Shown: positions 35,792 through 46,154, counted from the stretch's first letter. The stretch is 64,000 nt of DNA from a virus (IMGVR_UViG_2667528183_000003:1-64000), one strand, 5' to 3'. Numbers and translations: made by a program. The notes: generated by a model not told the origin, from the letters alone.

Positions 35792-36393
35792 GCCAGCACC
35801 TTTACAGCAGCATCACGCAGTGCCAATCGATCCGCTTGGCCGTTAAGGCCGCCATTGATTGCTCGAGTGATCTTGTCGAACTGACCAGCATCGGCCAGCT
35901 CATTCAGCCCATTTGACTGCCAGAACCAGCCTGCGACCAAGGCGGCGGTTTCCTGCTGCTCGACCAACTCAGGATGATTGACCAGATCCAGCCCAAGGGC
36001 GGCGCCGGCAGCGCGGTAGTTGTTCGCTCCGGTCAGTTGGATCAAGCCGCGCCCGCGGTACTTCCAGCCATCCCCCGGCAGCGTGTTGCCCATCCTGCCG
36101 GCGTACACGATGTTTGCGATCTTCTCGGGCTGCCTGGCCACTGCTGCCGCTGTTTGAGCAGTAAAGCGACTTGGCCACGTCGCCAATAGCCCCTGAGCGC
36201 TGTAGTTGAGGTTTTCGACCATGCGTGTCAACTGCCCCGACTCATGCCCGACTTGGGCGATGAACGCTGCCATACGGACGGGCGAGTCGATCTTGAAGCG
36301 TGACATCGCCGCATTTAGTGCAGGCACAAAAAAGCCCGCGACTTGGCGGGCTTGAGGGAGGATCTGCAGCAATTGCTGCTGAGTGATTGGCAT
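35788..36393 (-). CDS. Glycoside hydrolase family 19 endolysin
   Basis: FIAQVGHESG, YRGRGLIQLTG and ITRAINGG motifs. Confidence 0.93.
   Translation of the reverse strand: MPITQQQLLQILPQARQVAGFFVPALNAAMSRFKIDSPVRMAAFIAQVGHESGQLTRMVENLNYSAQGLLATWPSRFTAQTAAAVARQPEKIANIVYAGRMGNTLPGDGWKYRGRGLIQLTGANNYRAAGAALGLDLVNHPELVEQQETAALVAGWFWQSNGLNELADAGQFDKITRAINGGLNGQADRLALRDAAVKVLA
36328..36353 (-). terminator. Intrinsic terminator inside the 5' end of the endolysin gene
   Basis: AAGCCCGC-CAAGTC-GCGGGC-TTTTTT on the minus strand. Confidence 0.65.
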
Positions 36394-36412
36394 GACTATC
36401 TCCGAAAATCAG

Positions 36413-36730
36413 TCAAGGCTGTGGGTTTTCCAGCGCAGCGAGTCGAGCAGCAACATTCCCGGGAAGAGTTTCAATGCTTATTTCGGCCATCGTGTCATAG
36501 TTCTTTAGTTTCCCCTCATGATAAACAACGTTAAAAGGGGGGTCTGGAAGTTTATGCCACACAAAACTTCCGTCAGACTGAACAATATATTCACCAAACC
36601 GATCAGGGCCGGTCGAGGGAGGCGATCCGCTTACCCAAACAGAGCCATCAGGAAGTACATAATCGTCCTCATAATATGTGCATCCAACTTGGGACGTACC
36701 GACAACACCAAAACACTTGAATGAACTCAT
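36413..36730 (-). CDS. Hypothetical protein, tail-fibre associated
   Basis: 105 aa; ATGA overlap; GGAGG SD; AT-rich. Confidence 0.65.
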   Translation of the reverse strand: MSSFKCFGVVGTSQVGCTYYEDDYVLPDGSVWVSGSPPSTGPDRFGEYIVQSDGSFVWHKLPDPPFNVVYHEGKLKNYDTMAEISIETLPGNVAARLAALENPQP

Positions 36731-37092
36731 GCTACCTCCTGCGGTGGCAATGGCCAGTCTATGTTGCTTGGAAATCCTTCTTGCTGAACTATCCGATTAA
36801 GAGTTATCCGATATTGTTTCCAAAGCTTAAGACGATTAACCTCGTCTGTTGTTGCAGAATTTTCATCTATTGCATCTTGCAATGGGGCCATTAGATTTGC
36901 TGCAACAGATAAGAGAGTATCGCGCTTTTCTATAGCTCGTGCTTTTACCTCCTCGATAGCAGGTGGCAGAGGAACTGGCTCTGGTGGCAGTTCTTCTCCA
37001 AGCGGCATATAGTGCTCGCTTTCGTAAATAGCGCTAGGACCATCAACCATCCTAGCCCCCTGCCCATCATTCCTTACTGCATATCCAATCAT
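36727..37092 (-). CDS. Tail fibre assembly protein
   Basis: MAPLQDAID...LKLWKQYRITLNR...IDWP motif. Confidence 0.85.
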   Translation of the reverse strand: MIGYAVRNDGQGARMVDGPSAIYESEHYMPLGEELPPEPVPLPPAIEEVKARAIEKRDTLLSVAANLMAPLQDAIDENSATTDEVNRLKLWKQYRITLNRIVQQEGFPSNIDWPLPPQEVA

Positions 37093-39140
37093 AGGTTATC
37101 CTCCCACCCCGTTATCCTCACCTGGCCCGCTGCATCACTTGAACCATAATAAATATTTGTGGACTCAAATATTAAATTGAATCCAAAAATACCAGTTGTT
37201 GCGGGAGAACTACCAGCAACACCAATTGTTAGCACTGGTGGGTTTACCGCGTCGCTTGTAGAGCCATACTGATTGCTTGGGGCGACAATTACACTGCCAC
37301 CAGGGCTCTGTACGCGAGCAGTAAAATAACCAACACCAGAAGTTACCGGAACAATGCCCAATATTGACGCAGAAACCCATGTAGGTACGTTTGGAGAGCC
37401 CTGAACACCTGAAATTACCATGGGTAGAGATGTCAGATTAGATCCAGATGCAACTTTATAGTTTACTCGGCGACCGCTCTGAACGAAGGACAACGGATAT
37501 TTGTTAGCTGGTGTCGCATCAGAGCGAACCCAGCCGACTCTGGCTTTATGCGTATAACCCGCAGGCATCGTAGGAGAGGTTGAGCTAAGTGAGAAAAGCC
37601 CAGCCGTTGTAGTGCCGTTCCATATAACCCAAACGCTATACCAAGTGCTTACCGCCGACACACCCGTATCCAGGCCATTAACCCCTGACGAGCTAAGATT
37701 TGGCGAGATACTGACCGATCTCAAAACCTGATACGAGCTTGAAGAGTTTTCAACAAATATTTCATCAGCAGCAAAACTTGCAGTGCTGCTTGTGCCACTA
37801 GCTGAACCCGTTAGTCCCTTAACAGATCCTTGAATTCCAACTATTGGCGCTGGAAGCTGGTCAAGCAAAACAATGTCGGTGCCATCATATTCAATGTCAG
37901 CCAACTGGTTTGCAGCAAATATCGCTGCTACCTTGGCCCCAGTTGAGTCGTACTGCTTGATAGTCTTGGCACCAAGGCCGGATATGTTCATGGTATCCGT
38001 GCCAGTGCTAGCCACGCCAAACTTCACGCGAAAACGCTGGTTTGCAACATAACTCGTGATGGCAGGTACTGGTGTCAGCGTGAGCGTTGCGGATACGCCT
38101 CCACTTGTGAAGGCTGTGACGCTCTGTGTCTGGATTTGACCTGCACTGATAGCATGTTGAGTTTTGGTTGCAGGGGCAACTTGCAGGCCGCCACCACTAC
38201 TCTCAAGTAATACCCAAGATCCGCCACCTATTGAGCTATTCCATTGCACCCATACCACGCTATTTGCGACGATTTCTCCGCCCTGCAAAGCTGCATGGTT
38301 GCCTCCCACAATGGCAGCGGGAGCTATACCGTTTGGGCTGAATGTCGTCGCGCCAGTATTTGCATTCGCCGCTTTGAATCGGAGTACCAAGCCGTCCTGC
38401 AGGGTCGTGATCGCAGGGAAAAAGGTCGCTGCGTATGTATTGATCGACCCAATATCAAGTGCATAGGTAGTGTTTCCACTCTGGATCGACTGCAACACGC
38501 CAGACGGGAGAAGTGGCGCACCAGAGTACTGAGTGATATTGCCAGAAGTGATGGTGGTCTGCCCGAACGCAACGGTTGCCACATACAGGCCTACATAGCC
38601 GCTATCAGGCGCTGGAGTGGTTTGACTGCCGGTGGCGGCCGAAGCGCCAGCCTTGACCTGCACGATCGCAACGCCCTTGCGAGATGTGTTCTGGGTTAGA
38701 CCGTTGTTGCCCATGCCACTATACGGCAGTGCTGGATTTGCGCTGTTGTAGTACGGCAGCAAGACGGGTGTTGTGTCTTGGTCCTGGTACGTCACCTGGA
38801 CGAGGTAGTTGATTGACTGGCCGGTGGTCGTCGGCGCCGGGCAACTCAGCGTTACACCATCGAGCAAGATCCCTTGCTTCAGGATCGAGTGCGTGGTGTC
38901 AGCAGGCAGTGTGGAGAATGCCAATGAGTCGATATTTGTGAGGCTGTAGATCTCGCCGGGCGCCACGACGATCTGCAGCGAAGCCGGCCCAGTAGGGGTA
39001 ACGGCAAAGCCGTTCGCAATGGTACTGGTACCCAGCATTGCGGCAGCCAGCTTGGCGTTTCCGATCATCGCGTCTTTTGCCATTTGCAAAAGCGTGGTTT
39101 CAGGCAAGATTTGGCCTGGATATACGATCTGTCTGTCCAT
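37089..39140 (-). CDS. Tail fibre protein (683 aa)
   Basis: MDRQIVYPGQI anchor; two internal PAIT-x-RF/RV-K modules; Ser/Thr/Gly-rich. Confidence 0.85.
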   Translation of the reverse strand: MDRQIVYPGQILPETTLLQMAKDAMIGNAKLAAAMLGTSTIANGFAVTPTGPASLQIVVAPGEIYSLTNIDSLAFSTLPADTTHSILKQGILLDGVTLSCPAPTTTGQSINYLVQVTYQDQDTTPVLLPYYNSANPALPYSGMGNNGLTQNTSRKGVAIVQVKAGASAATGSQTTPAPDSGYVGLYVATVAFGQTTITSGNITQYSGAPLLPSGVLQSIQSGNTTYALDIGSINTYAATFFPAITTLQDGLVLRFKAANANTGATTFSPNGIAPAAIVGGNHAALQGGEIVANSVVWVQWNSSIGGGSWVLLESSGGGLQVAPATKTQHAISAGQIQTQSVTAFTSGGVSATLTLTPVPAITSYVANQRFRVKFGVASTGTDTMNISGLGAKTIKQYDSTGAKVAAIFAANQLADIEYDGTDIVLLDQLPAPIVGIQGSVKGLTGSASGTSSTASFAADEIFVENSSSSYQVLRSVSISPNLSSSGVNGLDTGVSAVSTWYSVWVIWNGTTTAGLFSLSSTSPTMPAGYTHKARVGWVRSDATPANKYPLSFVQSGRRVNYKVASGSNLTSLPMVISGVQGSPNVPTWVSASILGIVPVTSGVGYFTARVQSPGGSVIVAPSNQYGSTSDAVNPPVLTIGVAGSSPATTGIFGFNLIFESTNIYYGSSDAAGQVRITGWEDNL

Positions 39141-39150
39141 GGGTGCCCCA

Positions 39151-39174
39151 TAAAAAAGCCCGCACATGGCGGGC
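39151..39174 (-). terminator. Terminator between baseplate and fibre genes
   Basis: GCCCGC-CATGT-GCGGGC-TTTTTT on the minus strand. Confidence 0.6.
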
Positions 39175-39194
39175 CTGGATTCGAGTGGTGGGTT

Positions 39195-39851
39195 TCAATT
39201 GGTAATGCGATACCAAATCGTCGTACCGTAAGGCTTGGTCGCCTCTATGGCGGCTACGATGTCTGCGTCAGAGACTTCTGGGAAAAGCTGGGATGCCGGC
39301 AGCAGGCCACTTGTCATCGAAAGGCCAAACCAGTTAGTGGCAATACCAGGCCAATTCGCCGCGCCGTTGCCAGTTGGACGATAAGCTGTGATAAAGGCTT
39401 GATACGGGCAACTGGTTGAGCCGAGCGGGCCCGCTACGCCAAGCCCTAGGGTCAACCCAAGACAGCCGCAATCGTCGGGCTTGGCGGGCTCAATGATCAG
39501 CGGGCGACGCCCAGTCAGATCAAATAGCACCTGATCTATGCCGCGCCTGGTTGCCCGCTCTCTGAAGATGTTGATCAGGATTCGATTGCGATAACTGGTA
39601 TCAGACTGGTTTGCGTACCGGATCAGCCCATTCCCGAAGAAGTCCAGCCCAATGATGTCGAGCCAGCCATCCGTAGCAGTCTTGATGCGCGTCTGGTCCT
39701 TCGCGTACAGGTATAGGGTGAACCCCCACGAAAGTGCTTGCGCGTAACCCCACAGCAGCGCATCGCGGATTGGGTTGTTGTCACCGAACCACCCGAAAGG
39801 AAGCAGGCTTTTCAGCCGTTCGAACATGTCGCCTTGGTCACCAACGCTCAT
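39195..39851 (-). CDS. Baseplate wedge protein
   Basis: RIKTATDGWLD...DTSYRNRI motif; lies between J and the fibre. Confidence 0.75.
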   Translation of the reverse strand: MSVGDQGDMFERLKSLLPFGWFGDNNPIRDALLWGYAQALSWGFTLYLYAKDQTRIKTATDGWLDIIGLDFFGNGLIRYANQSDTSYRNRILINIFRERATRRGIDQVLFDLTGRRPLIIEPAKPDDCGCLGLTLGLGVAGPLGSTSCPYQAFITAYRPTGNGAANWPGIATNWFGLSMTSGLLPASQLFPEVSDADIVAAIEATKPYGTTIWYRITN

Positions 39852-40979
39852 TTAAGCCACCGTCACTGTGCCTGGTCGGATGACCTGTTTGTTGGTTGCG
39901 GCCAAGTCAGCGGTACTGCCATTCAAAAGTACGGCCGACACGTTGGTGATGGCCGGCGTAACGCCGTACGCCACCGCTGCTAGCTGGGTATATGGGAGTA
40001 TCTGACCAAGCGTCAGGTTGGATATGTACGCCTGGATGGCGGTCACCACCTGGGCCACCACCACGCTGTGCACTACGGTGGAATCGGTAGTGATGGTCAT
40101 GCCTACGTTGGCGGTCACCAGTACTGGGCCGAAAACCCCATACCGAGTGGTGAATGCCCTGGCAGATTCAATGGCGGCACCTGCAGTTACAAGAAATGAA
40201 CCAGGGGGCGCCCCGCTACCGTCATCCACGACCGCATAGAAATATCCGTACAGTAGGTTGCCGCTATAGTCCTGATTCTCGGTCAAGGTATAGCTGACAC
40301 CCTGTTGCATGGACGACAGCGCATATTGGATTGCAGCCTTGGTGCCCTTGGACAGCGACTGCACCCAAAGCACAAAGCGCGCACGGAATGGCACATCCTC
40401 CTCTTGATCTACGCCGCCAGCAAACACTGCGGAGTTGGTGACGGTATCAACGCCGCTGATGCTGCCAACAATAACCGTAACCGTGCCGATCAGGGCATTT
40501 GCTGCTGCACCTGCGGTGCTTGCTGTCACCGGCACCGTAGCCGACGCCGTGCCAGCCGGAATCAGGTAACCGCCAAGACCAGCGTCATACATAGGATTGG
40601 TCGTATCGGTTGTCACAGCGTACTGCTGCGAGCCATCTGTAGAGCCGACAATGGCGCCAACTGGAATCAACGCAGGAACTGTTGGTGTAAACCTGGAAAA
40701 CGTGACGCTGCCGGTAGCAAAGCTGGCAGACAAACGGTAAAACCCAAAGTCCGCCATCCAGCTGTCCAGGTCTGCCCCGGACGACGTGGAGGCGCGGGTG
40801 GTGGCAAGCAGCGTGACAATTAACTGCTGCAGCCACTGCAAAACGCTGGCGTTGCTTTCGGCGATGGCGCGAAGCAGTGAACCAATAGTGAAATCCACCA
40901 GGCCGGCAGCTCGGCCTTGGATCGCTGTAACTTGGTCCCGGACCAGAGTGGTGAAGTCCTTGATATTGAGCGATGCCAT
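39852..40979 (-). CDS. Baseplate J-like protein
   Basis: DFTIGSLLRAIAE, ATGSVTFSR and GGVDQEED.PFRARF motifs. Confidence 0.88.
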   Translation of the reverse strand: MASLNIKDFTTLVRDQVTAIQGRAAGLVDFTIGSLLRAIAESNASVLQWLQQLIVTLLATTRASTSSGADLDSWMADFGFYRLSASFATGSVTFSRFTPTVPALIPVGAIVGSTDGSQQYAVTTDTTNPMYDAGLGGYLIPAGTASATVPVTASTAGAAANALIGTVTVIVGSISGVDTVTNSAVFAGGVDQEEDVPFRARFVLWVQSLSKGTKAAIQYALSSMQQGVSYTLTENQDYSGNLLYGYFYAVVDDGSGAPPGSFLVTAGAAIESARAFTTRYGVFGPVLVTANVGMTITTDSTVVHSVVVAQVVTAIQAYISNLTLGQILPYTQLAAVAYGVTPAITNVSAVLLNGSTADLAATNKQVIRPGTVTVA

Positions 40980-40980
40980 A

Positions 40981-41346
40981 TCAGCGATTTACCTCAAACG
41001 AGAGCGTCACCGGCTCGCCAAGCGGCGCATCGGTGTAGCTGATAGTCACGGAAAGGGTCTCGTTGTCAGTCGAGACCGAGATAACAGGGGCTGGCTTTTT
41101 GGCAACACAATCCTCAAGCAGGATTTGGCCGCGAATCAGAGCGATGATTTCAGGTATGTTGGTGAGCGCGCCCACGTAACGGCCAAGGCCGGCGCCATAC
41201 TCTGTATGGAACAGGTAGTCGCCTGGATTGGTAATCAGTCGTCGCAGGATTCGCTGCTTTCCCCGCTCGACGCCCTCTACAATCGAAAGGCTGCCTGTCG
41301 GCGACAACGATAAGTCGTCCCCGACATAGTGATTCAGGTCTTTCAT
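40981..41346 (-). CDS. gp25-like baseplate/sheath-initiator protein
   Basis: QRILRRLITNPGDYLFH.EYGAGL motif. Confidence 0.75.
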   Translation of the reverse strand: MKDLNHYVGDDLSLSPTGSLSIVEGVERGKQRILRRLITNPGDYLFHTEYGAGLGRYVGALTNIPEIIALIRGQILLEDCVAKKPAPVISVSTDNETLSVTISYTDAPLGEPVTLSFEVNR

Positions 41347-41951
41347 GGCACAGGCACTCCAGATGTTCCGGCGCCTGGCGTCACGCCACTTGTACGGTGC
41401 GTTTTCAGGCTGATGGTGTCCGCTTTCACATCACCACCACTGACAACGACGCCAGTACCGTCAGTGACGGTCAAGGTGTGGTCCATGCTGACTGGGCCAC
41501 CCGTAAACGCGTGCTGAGGGGCGTCGTAGGTGATTGATTCGTCAGAGTGCACGCCAAGTGCTCCGACCGTGTGCAGCGTCACAGAGCCATCTGTGTTGAA
41601 CTTCAGAAGCGATCCAGTGGAGTGAACTAGCCAGACCTCTCCGGATGGGACTGGAAGAGCAAGATTCAGGCTGTTGGTGTGTCGGGCGGTGACCTTTCCA
41701 AGGTTCGGATCGGACGAATCGAAGGTAACGGTGACCTCATCACCAATCTGAGGTCCAATCTGTACGCCCCAGCCATTACCAACACCAGGGCTGTCCAGTT
41801 TGATCCAGTTGGTTTCTCTTCCCTCCGGCTGAATAGCCACTTTCACTACGCCATTGACCTTGTCGTAGCTGGTGATGGTCCCCGTCCTCGGCCCTGTCAT
41901 GTCGCTATTGCCTTGCTGACGCATGGAATTGGCGAAGTCGGCAATGTTCAT
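41343..41951 (-). CDS. Baseplate spike (gpV-like)
   Basis: OB-fold N-terminus (PQIGDEV); ISLKTH..SGV.PG...SG.P C-terminus. Confidence 0.85.
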   Translation of the reverse strand: MNIADFANSMRQQGNSDMTGPRTGTITSYDKVNGVVKVAIQPEGRETNWIKLDSPGVGNGWGVQIGPQIGDEVTVTFDSSDPNLGKVTARHTNSLNLALPVPSGEVWLVHSTGSLLKFNTDGSVTLHTVGALGVHSDESITYDAPQHAFTGGPVSMDHTLTVTDGTGVVVSGGDVKADTISLKTHRTSGVTPGAGTSGVPVP

Positions 41952-43063
41952 GGCTGCACCATTGAATTGGGATTATGGTTCTTGGCGGTCAGGCTCATGG
42001 TGTAGCCGCTCTCAAAGCTCAGCGAGCGCCGCACGGAATCAACGTAATAGAGCTGATCGAACCCGGAGCCAGTCCCTTCTTGGCGGACAATGGTGTTGGG
42101 CATCAGCGAGTTATCGCCGGGCATGGAGCACGACATGCGCATTTCGTGCACCGTGATCTCCCTGTGGATCTTCTGCGCGAGCTGCTGGGCTTGGTTTTGG
42201 TCCAGCCCGTTGCGCTTGATCTCATAGACCTGACGCCTTGAGGTTGATTGGCCTGGCGCAATACCTCTTGCCGAATTCGTGGGATAGGTTGCCTTGTAGG
42301 TCTTTCCGTCCTTGTAGGAGATCACTTGCACTGTCACGCCGCGGGCCAGAGTTAGGTCGCGCTCAAACACGATGTCATCTGAGGTGTTCGACTGCGGATA
42401 TGCCAGCACTCCTGGGTCGATCCAACGGATCAGGTACTGGTCGGTCACGGCCGGATCAAGCGCCGGCTCGTAGTGCAATTCATTGCCCGTCACATACACC
42501 TGGAAGCCGTCCAGCCCGGCGAAGTAGGCCAGCAGGTCCCACTCTGTGCGCTCGTCAGTAACGTGCGCGTGGTCCCACTTTGTGATGCCTCCGACCTGGG
42601 TCTTTGTGGCAGTCACGACTGGCGTGAGGCCGCGGCGATTCGCCAACAGCGTGGCCACTTGGCTAGTGGTCATGTTGGTGAATTTCTCGTTGGTCTTCCT
42701 GTCGATGAACTTGCTGGTGTAGTCGCGCCCCTCGATGCTTACCTCAAACTTCGCCAGGCGCACACTTAGCCGGTCGACGGTGCCAACGATCAGCGTCCGC
42801 CAGTCTTCAATGTTCTGGTCGATCAAGCCGATCGATATCGAAACCTCAATCGATTTCTGATCAGCCCACCACTTGATGCCGTTGTAGGGGTCAGGCATCG
42901 CTGACATGGCGAACACAACGGAAAAGGTGTCGGCAGAGTAGAACGCGTTGCTATTGATCTCGCAGGAGAAGAACGGGACCTCTACCCCGTTCAGCGAAAG
43001 CCGGGAAGCAATCTGCCTGACCTTCTGATCGGTCGCTTCAGTGTTCAGGTCCAAGCTATTCAC
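41948..43063 (-). CDS. Baseplate hub protein
   Basis: ADTFS, EGRDYT and YYVDSVRRS motifs; position. Confidence 0.75.
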   Translation of the reverse strand: MNSLDLNTEATDQKVRQIASRLSLNGVEVPFFSCEINSNAFYSADTFSVVFAMSAMPDPYNGIKWWADQKSIEVSISIGLIDQNIEDWRTLIVGTVDRLSVRLAKFEVSIEGRDYTSKFIDRKTNEKFTNMTTSQVATLLANRRGLTPVVTATKTQVGGITKWDHAHVTDERTEWDLLAYFAGLDGFQVYVTGNELHYEPALDPAVTDQYLIRWIDPGVLAYPQSNTSDDIVFERDLTLARGVTVQVISYKDGKTYKATYPTNSARGIAPGQSTSRRQVYEIKRNGLDQNQAQQLAQKIHREITVHEMRMSCSMPGDNSLMPNTIVRQEGTGSGFDQLYYVDSVRRSLSFESGYTMSLTAKNHNPNSMVQP

Positions 43064-44039
43064 CTATCGGAATTTTTATCGTCTGGATGCCATCAAGGCG
43101 CGGGTCAACGATGCTGTTGGCCGCGGCAATCTGTGTCCATCTGGACTGGTCGCCATAGCTGTCAGCTGCGATCTTCTGCAGGCTGGAGTTGCTGGTGGTG
43201 ACACTGGATGTGCCGTTTGCCAGCGGGCCGGCCAGGACGTTCTTCTGCACTCGCTCAAGCACGCTTTGCATCTGATAGAGCGGCGCCAGTTGGGTCAGCG
43301 CGCCGGCCTGGCGCAGCACGTTGTGCGCCGCCCGGGCGACTGGATTGCCTGGAATCAGGCCTCCCAGGGTGGTGATGTCGTTTATCGACGCGCCAACCTG
43401 AGCGATTACCGACTGGATGATCTGCTGGGCCGCCACAATCGGGCGGATCACTGTCTGAATCGTCTCGATCGTGGCGTTGGCGAAGCCCTGGACCTGCGCC
43501 ACCGCATCCTTAACGGTGTTGATGGCGCTAGTCACCGAATCCACATTGATGATGTCAGCCAGGCCAAGCGATTCGCCGATATCGCTGTTGATCAGCGCGT
43601 CCAGGGCGCCAGCCAGCGCGTTTTCAGTGACTGGCGCATCCAAGCGCTCAATGAGCAGTAGCTCGATGCTGTAATAGCGGCGATAGACATGCTCAAAGCG
43701 CGCGTTGAAGTTCTGGATCAGGACGCTGAAGTAATAGCCGTCCATGTTGAAGGCCAACGGCAGACCAAGATCACGGAGCGTTTCCAGCTCAGTGACCCGG
43801 TCGCCGGCCGTGGCGCCAGTGAACCACCCAGACCACGACATGTTGTCGTAGTCGATGCCCATGACGTCGACGATCCGCTTGCCGCCTACCAGCTTGTGCA
43901 CGACAGCCTGCTGTTTCGCCCCAATCGTCACCGACTCAGGGACCTCAAGACCGCTGAACTCGAAATCGCCAACAATCAATCGAGTGGCAAACGGATCCCC
44001 GCCCGGAGCGAAGTTGTCCAGGAAGCTTGTAAAGCTCAT
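43056..44039 (-). CDS. Tail tube initiator with LysM-like C-terminus
   Basis: SLQKIAADSYGD..RWTQIAAAN...IKIP; follows the TMP. Confidence 0.72.
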   Translation of the reverse strand: MSFTSFLDNFAPGGDPFATRLIVGDFEFSGLEVPESVTIGAKQQAVVHKLVGGKRIVDVMGIDYDNMSWSGWFTGATAGDRVTELETLRDLGLPLAFNMDGYYFSVLIQNFNARFEHVYRRYYSIELLLIERLDAPVTENALAGALDALINSDIGESLGLADIINVDSVTSAINTVKDAVAQVQGFANATIETIQTVIRPIVAAQQIIQSVIAQVGASINDITTLGGLIPGNPVARAAHNVLRQAGALTQLAPLYQMQSVLERVQKNVLAGPLANGTSSVTTSNSSLQKIAADSYGDQSRWTQIAAANSIVDPRLDGIQTIKIPIGE

Positions 44040-44042
44040 CGG

Positions 44043-46154
44043 TTATCCCCTTGGGTAGGCGGTGCTTGGTGTTCCTGGCATCAGCATGCTGCGAGTAGGG
44101 TCAAAGCCCTGGGTGCCGGTCTGTGGCTTGGCGGCCTCTTTGGTCATGCGCTGGATGACAACATCGCTGACCTTCTTGCCGTCGATGTACAGGTTGATCG
44201 GCTGCTCCTTACTGGTATCAGCCTTTCCTGGAACCGGCGCAACCAACGGCGACCACGGTTGTTTCGGGGCATTACTACCCCTGAAGTCATCTGCGAAGGT
44301 CGTCTTTGTCAGCTGCATTGATGCCGGAAGGATCAGGTTGGCGCCGGCGATCAGCGTGTTAAAGATCGTCTGCCAGCCGGTCAGGAAGATCAGCGCAAAT
44401 GACTTGAAGGCCCCGCCGATATCCCCGTTGAACAGCTTGATGAAGCCAGCTTTCAGATCGCCCCACATCAGCGTCAGCGCCCCGCTCACCTCCTTCCAGT
44501 TGTTCCAGAGGAGGAAAGCAGCGACCGCAATGGCCGTTATGGCAAGGCCAATAGGGTTCATCAGCAGCGCCCGGCCAAGAAAGAAGATCCCTTGCCCCAG
44601 GAGTTTCAACGGCGATAGGAAGGCCATCACCATTCCGCGCAGAAAGCCCGAGGTCAGGAACATCCCAACAGCCTTGAAGGAGTCGATCACGAACATGACC
44701 AGGTACGTACCGAATCTGGCCATGATCGGAACCAGCGGACCGCCGAGAAATGCTATCGCCTGCCCAAGCAGCAAGAACCCGCGGCCGGCAGCAATGACCA
44801 TATTGATCAAGCCACCCCCGATGAGGAATGCTGACAGGCCGAGCAACGCATAGGTGAATGCTTTTACTTTGCCTGGGTTTTCACCCATCCACTTAGTGAG
44901 ATCAATAATGACGTTATTCAGCTTAGTAACGGCAGTTATCGCAAGCGGCAAAACTTGATCGCCAAGCATCAACATCAGATCCTTCCACTTTGCCGCAAGT
45001 TGAACTTCTTTGCCGGCAAGTGTCTTGTCTGTTACTGCTACTGAGGCATCAATGCCAAGCGCTTTATGCTGAGCCTCAAGCGAGTGATGTAGCTTCTCTA
45101 TGTTTTTGTCGATCAGCGTAAACATCGCACCGCCAGTCGAGCCAAAAAGCATAGCGTTAGACTGACCAATAGCCGAATCCGAAGTAATCCCCATGCGTTT
45201 ATGCATCGGCATGATGATCTTTTCGTAGAACTCTGTCGGGTTCTGGCTGAACATTTCAGCGCCAATAAGAGGATTACCTTTGAACGCTTTAATTCCCCCC
45301 TGCTTGTTCCAAATTACTCTTTTCTCATCCCAAATTCCGTTGGCGACAAGCTCATGTGCTACCTGGTTAGGGATTTTTACGATGCCATTGAGTCTGTTAT
45401 AGGCCGTTCTAAGCGAGAAGCCAGCTGTCTGCCCTTTGAGCATAGTGATGATTGGCTCCATCATGGCGACCGCATCATCACTCATATTCATCGCAGCGAT
45501 ACCGCCGCGCGCTTTGAATTGGCGCAACTGCTCCCAGTTAACCGAGCCGCCAGAGGTTTGCGTCATCTTCCACCCAGCATCCGCCAGCTCATTGAAGCGC
45601 TTGGCCGATTTCAGGCCGCCCGAGTCCTCAATGTAACGCATCATGGCCATGCTGCTGGTTTTCATAACTGCCTGCGATTCCTCGCTCAGGCCAGATGTTG
45701 CATAAGCAATCTTCGACAAAACAGGGGCAGCAATCTTTGCCCCTTCCAGCGCCTCCATACCTGGAAGACCACTTTCACGAAAGACGCCTTGCGCCTCGGT
45801 AAAAAGTTTCATGTTCGTGGTGATGCTAGTGCCTATAGAGTTCATCCCTTTAACGAAGCGTTCAGACTCAGCGTTAACAGCGTCAGACATCCCATACAAG
45901 GAGAGCTTGGCCATCTCCGTCTGAAACTTCTTGGCCTCGTCCAGGGGGGCCTTAAACATCGCCGCGATACCAAGGCCTCCGGCGAACATCGCGCCGCCTA
46001 TCGCGCCTTGGCGGCCGATGGATGCCAATTGCCGGTTGAGGCGATCAGCATCCTGCCCTGCGGTATGCAGTCCCCGCGAAATTAGGGCAAGGCCGGCGCT
46101 GACATGGTTGATCAGCGACAGCTTGACGGCGACGGAATAAGCCTCAAATGCCAT
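44043..46154 (-). CDS. Tail tape measure protein
   Basis: 703 aa; hydrophobic NPIGLAITAIA segment; INLYIDGKKV C-terminus. Confidence 0.88.
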   Translation of the reverse strand: MAFEAYSVAVKLSLINHVSAGLALISRGLHTAGQDADRLNRQLASIGRQGAIGGAMFAGGLGIAAMFKAPLDEAKKFQTEMAKLSLYGMSDAVNAESERFVKGMNSIGTSITTNMKLFTEAQGVFRESGLPGMEALEGAKIAAPVLSKIAYATSGLSEESQAVMKTSSMAMMRYIEDSGGLKSAKRFNELADAGWKMTQTSGGSVNWEQLRQFKARGGIAAMNMSDDAVAMMEPIITMLKGQTAGFSLRTAYNRLNGIVKIPNQVAHELVANGIWDEKRVIWNKQGGIKAFKGNPLIGAEMFSQNPTEFYEKIIMPMHKRMGITSDSAIGQSNAMLFGSTGGAMFTLIDKNIEKLHHSLEAQHKALGIDASVAVTDKTLAGKEVQLAAKWKDLMLMLGDQVLPLAITAVTKLNNVIIDLTKWMGENPGKVKAFTYALLGLSAFLIGGGLINMVIAAGRGFLLLGQAIAFLGGPLVPIMARFGTYLVMFVIDSFKAVGMFLTSGFLRGMVMAFLSPLKLLGQGIFFLGRALLMNPIGLAITAIAVAAFLLWNNWKEVSGALTLMWGDLKAGFIKLFNGDIGGAFKSFALIFLTGWQTIFNTLIAGANLILPASMQLTKTTFADDFRGSNAPKQPWSPLVAPVPGKADTSKEQPINLYIDGKKVSDVVIQRMTKEAAKPQTGTQGFDPTRSMLMPGTPSTAYPRG

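Noticed and set aside
33475-39140. Invertible tail-fibre cassette or diversity-generating retroelement formed by the two opposed fibre genes
   Set aside because: The fibres belong to two different prophages separated by a Mu end and an att site; no invertase, reverse transcriptase, inverted crossover sites or template repeat is visible.
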